Origin: Fastidiosibacter lacustris
Lineage (GTDB): Bacteria; Pseudomonadota; Gammaproteobacteria; Francisellales; Francisellaceae
Direction: 5' to 3'
Length of the DNA: 32,000 nucleotides
Assembly: GCF_003428155.1 (NCBI RefSeq)
Contig: NZ_QLIR01000001.1
Span: forward strand, 224,558-256,557
How positions within the stretch are numbered: the stretch's first letter is position 1; each line of letters opens with the position of its first letter. Both the position numbers and the translations under genes were made by a program. Positions 27,909 to 32,000 of this stretch are shown here, one piece after another. The notes under the pieces are model-generated. The model did not search any database. It was not told where the DNA came from and was given only the letters and a program-made list of their open reading frames with translations.

Positions 27909-29731
27909 TTCTAACCGCTTTAACCCAATATTATAATCGACTGGCGAATACGGAAAAAGGTGCAAAAGTACCTGCTTATGGATTTAGTGAAGAAAAAATC
28001 GGCTATATTTTAGTGCTGTCTGAGTCAGGGGAGTTAGTGGATGTTGTGCCTAATTTCACCGATGAAAAAAAGCCCAAAGCAAAATTAATGAGCGTACCAT
28101 GCCCAGAAAAAAGAACATCAGGTATTAAGCCTAACTTTTTGTGGGATAAAACGGCATATGTTTTAGGTGTCTCACTGCCAAAAGACAAAAAAAGTGAATC
28201 AACGTTTGAGCTATCGCTACCTAATTTCGAGGCTTTTAAGAGCTATCATCTCAAATTATTAAAAAATCAAGAAGAGAAAGGTCTAAAGGCATTGTCCAAT
28301 TTTTTACAAAATTGGCAACCAGAAGAATTTGAAAGTTCATTGTGTACACCTGAAATTTTGGATGCCAACGTGATATTTCAATTGGATGGTGTTAGGCAAT
28401 ACATTCACGAGTCCCAATTGGCTAAGGCAATTTGGGCGAATCAACTGAAATCAGATGATGCATCTGATGATGCTATGTGTCTGATAACAGGTACTCAAAC
28501 GCCTATTTCAAGATTGCACCCAGCAATTAAAGGTGTCTCTGGTGGACAAAGCTCCGGAGTGTCGATTGTTTCCTTTAATAAAGAATCATTTGAATCTTTT
28601 GGCAAGAAACAAGGTGATAATGCACCAGTTTCTGTACAAGCTGCTTTTGCCTATACGACTGCCTTAAACTACCTATTACGCGACGAAAATAATCAAGTTA
28701 TCAGCTTGGGTGATACTAGCGTTGTTTTCTGGGCATTAGCTAAAAAAGAAGAACAGGCAAAAAAAGTAGAATCTTTCTTTATGATGGGGTTTAATCCGCC
28801 ATCACCTACCGATGACAGTGAAACAGTTCAATTGAATGCTGAGTTAGAGAAGTTTACTAAAGGTCGACCCTTGGCAGAGATTGATCCTGAGCTTGATCCT
28901 GACACCCAGTTCTTTATTTTGGGATTGACGCCTAATGCAGCGCGTCTTTCGATTCGTTTTTGGTTACAAACTAGTTTTGGTCAGATTCAGCAAAGACTTG
29001 CTGAGCATTTTCAAGATTTAGCCTTAGCTCCTTTACCTTGGAAAACACCACCATCTATTTGGCGTCTTTTATTACAGCTAAGTCCTCATCGTGAAGGGCA
29101 GAAAAGTAAGATAGATGATGTCCCAGTACATTTGGCTGGAGAGTTAATGCGTTCTATTTTGACGGGGCAGCGTTATCCAAGATCTATTATTGCACAAATT
29201 TTATCTAGATTTAGAGCTGATGGAGATATTGGGGGTTTAAGAATTGCTATGGTAAAAGCTGTTTTGCAAAGAGAATTTAGGAAAAATTTGATAACAGAGG
29301 AGATCCCTATGAGTTTAGATGAGTCAAATACCAATCAAGCGTATTTGCTTGGCAGGCTTTTTGCCGTGTTAGAGAATATACAGGAAAGAGCTTTGGGTGA
29401 TAAGTTGAATGCTACGATTGCTGATAAATACTATGCTTCAGCCTCAACTGTGCCATATTCAGTTTATCCGCGATTACTATCAGGAAGCAAACATCACTTG
29501 TCTAAAGTTCGCAAAGATAAACCAAAGTTAGCAGTCTATTTGGAAAATAGGCTTGGTCAAATTATGACACAATTACCAACAGAATTCCCACGCCATTTTT
29601 CTATCGAAAATCAAGGGCGTTTTTCGATTGGCTATTATCAGCAAAAGTTCACCCCCTCTAAAGAAAAAGAAGATCCAAAAGACAAAGAAGATCCAACTAA
29701 GTCTATTGATGAAACACAAGGAGTAGAATAA
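27905..29731 (+). CDS. cas8c: Type I-C Cas8c (Csd1)
   Basis: 608-aa ORF with MILTALTQYYNRLA, CLITGTQTPISRLHPAIKGV and SIVSFNKESFESFGKKQGDNAPVS. Overlaps the cas5 stop. Confidence 0.96.
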   Translation: MILTALTQYYNRLANTEKGAKVPAYGFSEEKIGYILVLSESGELVDVVPNFTDEKKPKAKLMSVPCPEKRTSGIKPNFLWDKTAYVLGVSLPKDKKSESTFELSLPNFEAFKSYHLKLLKNQEEKGLKALSNFLQNWQPEEFESSLCTPEILDANVIFQLDGVRQYIHESQLAKAIWANQLKSDDASDDAMCLITGTQTPISRLHPAIKGVSGGQSSGVSIVSFNKESFESFGKKQGDNAPVSVQAAFAYTTALNYLLRDENNQVISLGDTSVVFWALAKKEEQAKKVESFFMMGFNPPSPTDDSETVQLNAELEKFTKGRPLAEIDPELDPDTQFFILGLTPNAARLSIRFWLQTSFGQIQQRLAEHFQDLALAPLPWKTPPSIWRLLLQLSPHREGQKSKIDDVPVHLAGELMRSILTGQRYPRSIIAQILSRFRADGDIGGLRIAMVKAVLQREFRKNLITEEIPMSLDESNTNQAYLLGRLFAVLENIQERALGDKLNATIADKYYASASTVPYSVYPRLLSGSKHHLSKVRKDKPKLAVYLENRLGQIMTQLPTEFPRHFSIENQGRFSIGYYQQKFTPSKEKEDPKDKEDPTKSIDETQGVE

Positions 29732-30601
29732 ATGACTATCCAACATCGTTATGAATTTGTTTATTTTTTTGATGTCACTAATGGTAATCCAAATGGCGAT
29801 CCTGATGCAGGAAATATGCCTCGTCTTGATCCTGAATCTAGCAAAGGATTAGTGACGGATGTCAGTTTAAAACGTAAAATCCGTAACTACATTCAGTTTA
29901 GTAATGAAAATAAGCCTGGCTATGACATTTATGTGCAAGAAAAAAGTATATTAAATCAGCAGAATCAGAAAGCTTATGATGCTTTAGAAATTAAAGCAGA
30001 ACCTAAAAAGTTACCAAAAGATCAGGAAAAAGCTAAAGCTATTACTGATTGGATGTGTGCTAATTTCTTTGACGTTCGCGCTTTTGGTGCAGTCATGACA
30101 ACGGAAGTGAATTCAGGTCAGGTGCGCGGACCATTTCAGTTAGCATTTGCAAAATCAATTGATCCAATTATTCCTTTGGAGATCTCTATTACGCGAATGG
30201 CGGTGACGAATGAGAAAGATTTAGAAAAAGAACGTACGATTGGACGCAAACATATTGTGCCTTATGGTTTATATCGTGTACATGGTTTTATTTCAGCAAA
30301 ACTAGCAGAAAAAACAGGGTTTTCTGAAAGTGATTTAAGTAAATTGTGGAAAGCCTTAGAAATGATGTTTGAACACGATCATTCTGCTGCTCGTGGTGAG
30401 ATGTCAGCACGTAAGTTGATTGTATTTAAACATCAGGATATGCTAGGGAATGCTCCAGCGTACAAGTTATTTAATCGTGTTACTGTTGAGCGTGTGAAAG
30501 GTGAATTAGGTACGCCAGCCAGTGCATTTGATGATTATGTAATTCATTTGGATACGTCAGGCTTAGAGACTTTAGGAGTTGAAGCGAGAGAGCTTTTTTA
30601 A
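29732..30601 (+). CDS. cas7c: Type I-C Cas7 (Csd2)
   Basis: 289-aa ORF with YEFVYFFDVTNGNPNGDPDAGNMPRLDPE and HIVPYGLYRVHGFISAKLA. Confidence 0.96.
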   Translation: MTIQHRYEFVYFFDVTNGNPNGDPDAGNMPRLDPESSKGLVTDVSLKRKIRNYIQFSNENKPGYDIYVQEKSILNQQNQKAYDALEIKAEPKKLPKDQEKAKAITDWMCANFFDVRAFGAVMTTEVNSGQVRGPFQLAFAKSIDPIIPLEISITRMAVTNEKDLEKERTIGRKHIVPYGLYRVHGFISAKLAEKTGFSESDLSKLWKALEMMFEHDHSAARGEMSARKLIVFKHQDMLGNAPAYKLFNRVTVERVKGELGTPASAFDDYVIHLDTSGLETLGVEARELF

Positions 30602-30608
30602 CTGTGTT

Positions 30609-31223
30609 ATGTCGGATATATTAATCTCCCTTTCCGCCCTCCAGCACTATGCCTTTTGTCCTAGGCAATGTGCGCTTATTCACAATGAGCAAGTGTGGTC
30701 AGAGAATTGGTTGACCGCTCAAGGGCAGCAATTACATCAGCGTGTTGATAGTGGCGTGCCTGAAACACGCAAAGGGATTCGTTATGAGCGAGCTGTGCGT
30801 GTTTCAGCACCTAAACTGGGCTTAGTTGGTAAGCTTGATCTTATTGAAGTGGATATTAAAACAGGTATTTGTTTTCCAGTGGAATATAAACGTGGCAAGC
30901 CAAAACAAGATCATATCGATCTTATTCAGTTATGTGCGCAAGTATTGTGCCTTGAGGAGATGCTTAAACTGAGCATTAATCATGTTGCAATGTGGTATTG
31001 GCAGACAAAGCATCGCATTGAGGTTGTATTAACGCAAAGCTTGCGTGATGAAACGCTGACTATAATTGAAAAAACAAGGATGTTACTGGAAAGTGGGATG
31101 ACTCCTAAAGCCAAATATGAGAAAAAGTGTGATGCCTGTTCATTATACGATTTGTGTAACCCAAAACTTATGTTTAAAGACAAAAGCAAAGTATATGTGA
31201 ACATGCTTTTTCAGGAGGGATAG
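30609..31223 (+). CDS. cas4: Cas4 exonuclease (type I-C)
   Basis: LISLSALQHYAFCPRQCALIH, FPVEYKRGKPKQDHIDLIQLCAQ and C-terminal CDACSLYDLCNP. Likely start ATG 30609; the ORF track's 30579 overlaps the end of cas7. Confidence 0.93.
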   Translation: MSDILISLSALQHYAFCPRQCALIHNEQVWSENWLTAQGQQLHQRVDSGVPETRKGIRYERAVRVSAPKLGLVGKLDLIEVDIKTGICFPVEYKRGKPKQDHIDLIQLCAQVLCLEEMLKLSINHVAMWYWQTKHRIEVVLTQSLRDETLTIIEKTRMLLESGMTPKAKYEKKCDACSLYDLCNPKLMFKDKSKVYVNMLFQEG

Positions 31224-31226
31224 GCA

Positions 31227-31895
31227 TTGAAAAAATTACAAAACACACTCTATATCACCAAACAAGGCGCTTATTTGCACAAGGAACGTGAGACACTGGT
31301 CATTGAAGTTGAAAAGGAAAAAGCAATGCAGTTGCCTATTCATGCAATTCAGGCGATTTATTGCTTTGGTAATGTTATGGTATCACCTTTTTTGCTGGGA
31401 TTTTGTGGTGAGAATAATGTCCATTTGGCATTTTTTACTGAATATGGTCGTTTTCTTGGGCGTTTACATGGCACACAAAGTGGTAATATCTTGTTAAGGA
31501 AAGCACAATATAAAATTGCAGAAACTGATCCTGTACCTATTGCCAGAAATATAATTGCGGCAAAGCTTAATTCTTCACGAGCGGTATTATATCGCAGGTT
31601 ACGCAATCATGGGGAAAATAAAGCGGTTGAAAATGCAGTTGAGCAAATAAGTTATACTATCAGGCGCTTGCAAAAGACAGAAACTTTGGAGGCAAATTTA
31701 GGTTTAGAAGGTGAGGCTGCCTCCGTGTATTTTAGTGTTTTTAATGAATTGATTTTATCTGCTGTACAACCTGATTTTACTTTCGATATACGTAGTCGCA
31801 GACCTCCGTTGGATCCTGTTAATGCTATGCTATCATTTTTATATAGTGTCGTTGGAAATGATATTAGAGTTCCTTCCAAACCGTATTTAATCTAG
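31227..31895 (+). pseudogene. cas1: Cas1 integrase, 3'-truncated at about 31866
   Basis: N-terminal and middle Cas1 motifs present (ANLGLEGEAASVYFSVFNELI, PPLDPVNAMLSFLYSVVGNDIR). The frame then runs into VPSKPYLI* and lacks the C-terminal catalytic-His region. Confidence 0.88.
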
Positions 31896-32000
31896 CAAAA
31901 TAGCTATTTAAAAATTAAAGGTGGATATGATCAATGAGATGGGAAACGATAAACAAGTTAGCAGCAGATGAGTTTCGTCGTTTAACAGGTGTAAAAAAGC
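31867..32000 (+). mobile_element. Left end of an IS element (probably IS5-like) extending beyond the window
   Basis: Cas1 homology stops at about 31866 and GAGTTCCTTCC follows. A transposase-like ORF starts at 31935. Confidence 0.6.
31935..32000 (+). CDS. N-terminus of a putative DDE transposase (MRWETINKLAADEFRRLTGVKK...), truncated by window end
   Basis: The FRRLTGVKK segment resembles the N-terminal HTH region of IS5-like DDE transposases. AAAGGTGG Shine-Dalgarno upstream. Confidence 0.6.

Overview
The window reads as a gammaproteobacterial chromosome segment with housekeeping genes on the left and a type I-C CRISPR-Cas locus on the right. From about 131 to 24368 it carries: mscS-like, POT transporter, prmA, accC, accB, aroQ, apaH, rsmA, surA, lptD, amgK-like kinase, dnaE, yebC, ruvC, ruvA, MFS transporter, accA, heavy-metal P-type ATPase with ArsR regulator, and a YigZ-family gene. 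From 24594 to the end it carries cas3 (frameshifted at an A8 tract), cas5c, cas8c, cas7c, cas4 and a 3'-truncated cas1 that runs into the left end of an IS element. The most notable signal is in the 356-bp cas3-cas5 gap. There is a minimal two-repeat CRISPR unit there: a 32-nt repeat at 27134-27165, a 24-nt spacer at 27166-27189, and a degenerate repeat at 27190-27221 that merges into the cas5 Shine-Dalgarno. Its spacer matches a site at the cas3 3' end (minus strand, 26883 down to 26860) behind a TTC PAM. The first 22 positions match except positions 6, 12 and 18, which is the 6-nt periodicity of positions Cascade flips out and does not read. The target lies 7 bp (PAM edge) from a near-consensus promoter (TTGACT-N17-TAGAAT, 26894-26922), which is followed by a small unannotated 49-aa ORF. 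This resembles a CRISPR-regulated toxin-antitoxin (CreTA-like) or Cas-autoregulating (CreR-like) module in a type I-C locus. Cascade genes are intact while cas3 and cas1 are damaged, which is what an addiction or regulatory role for Cascade would predict.
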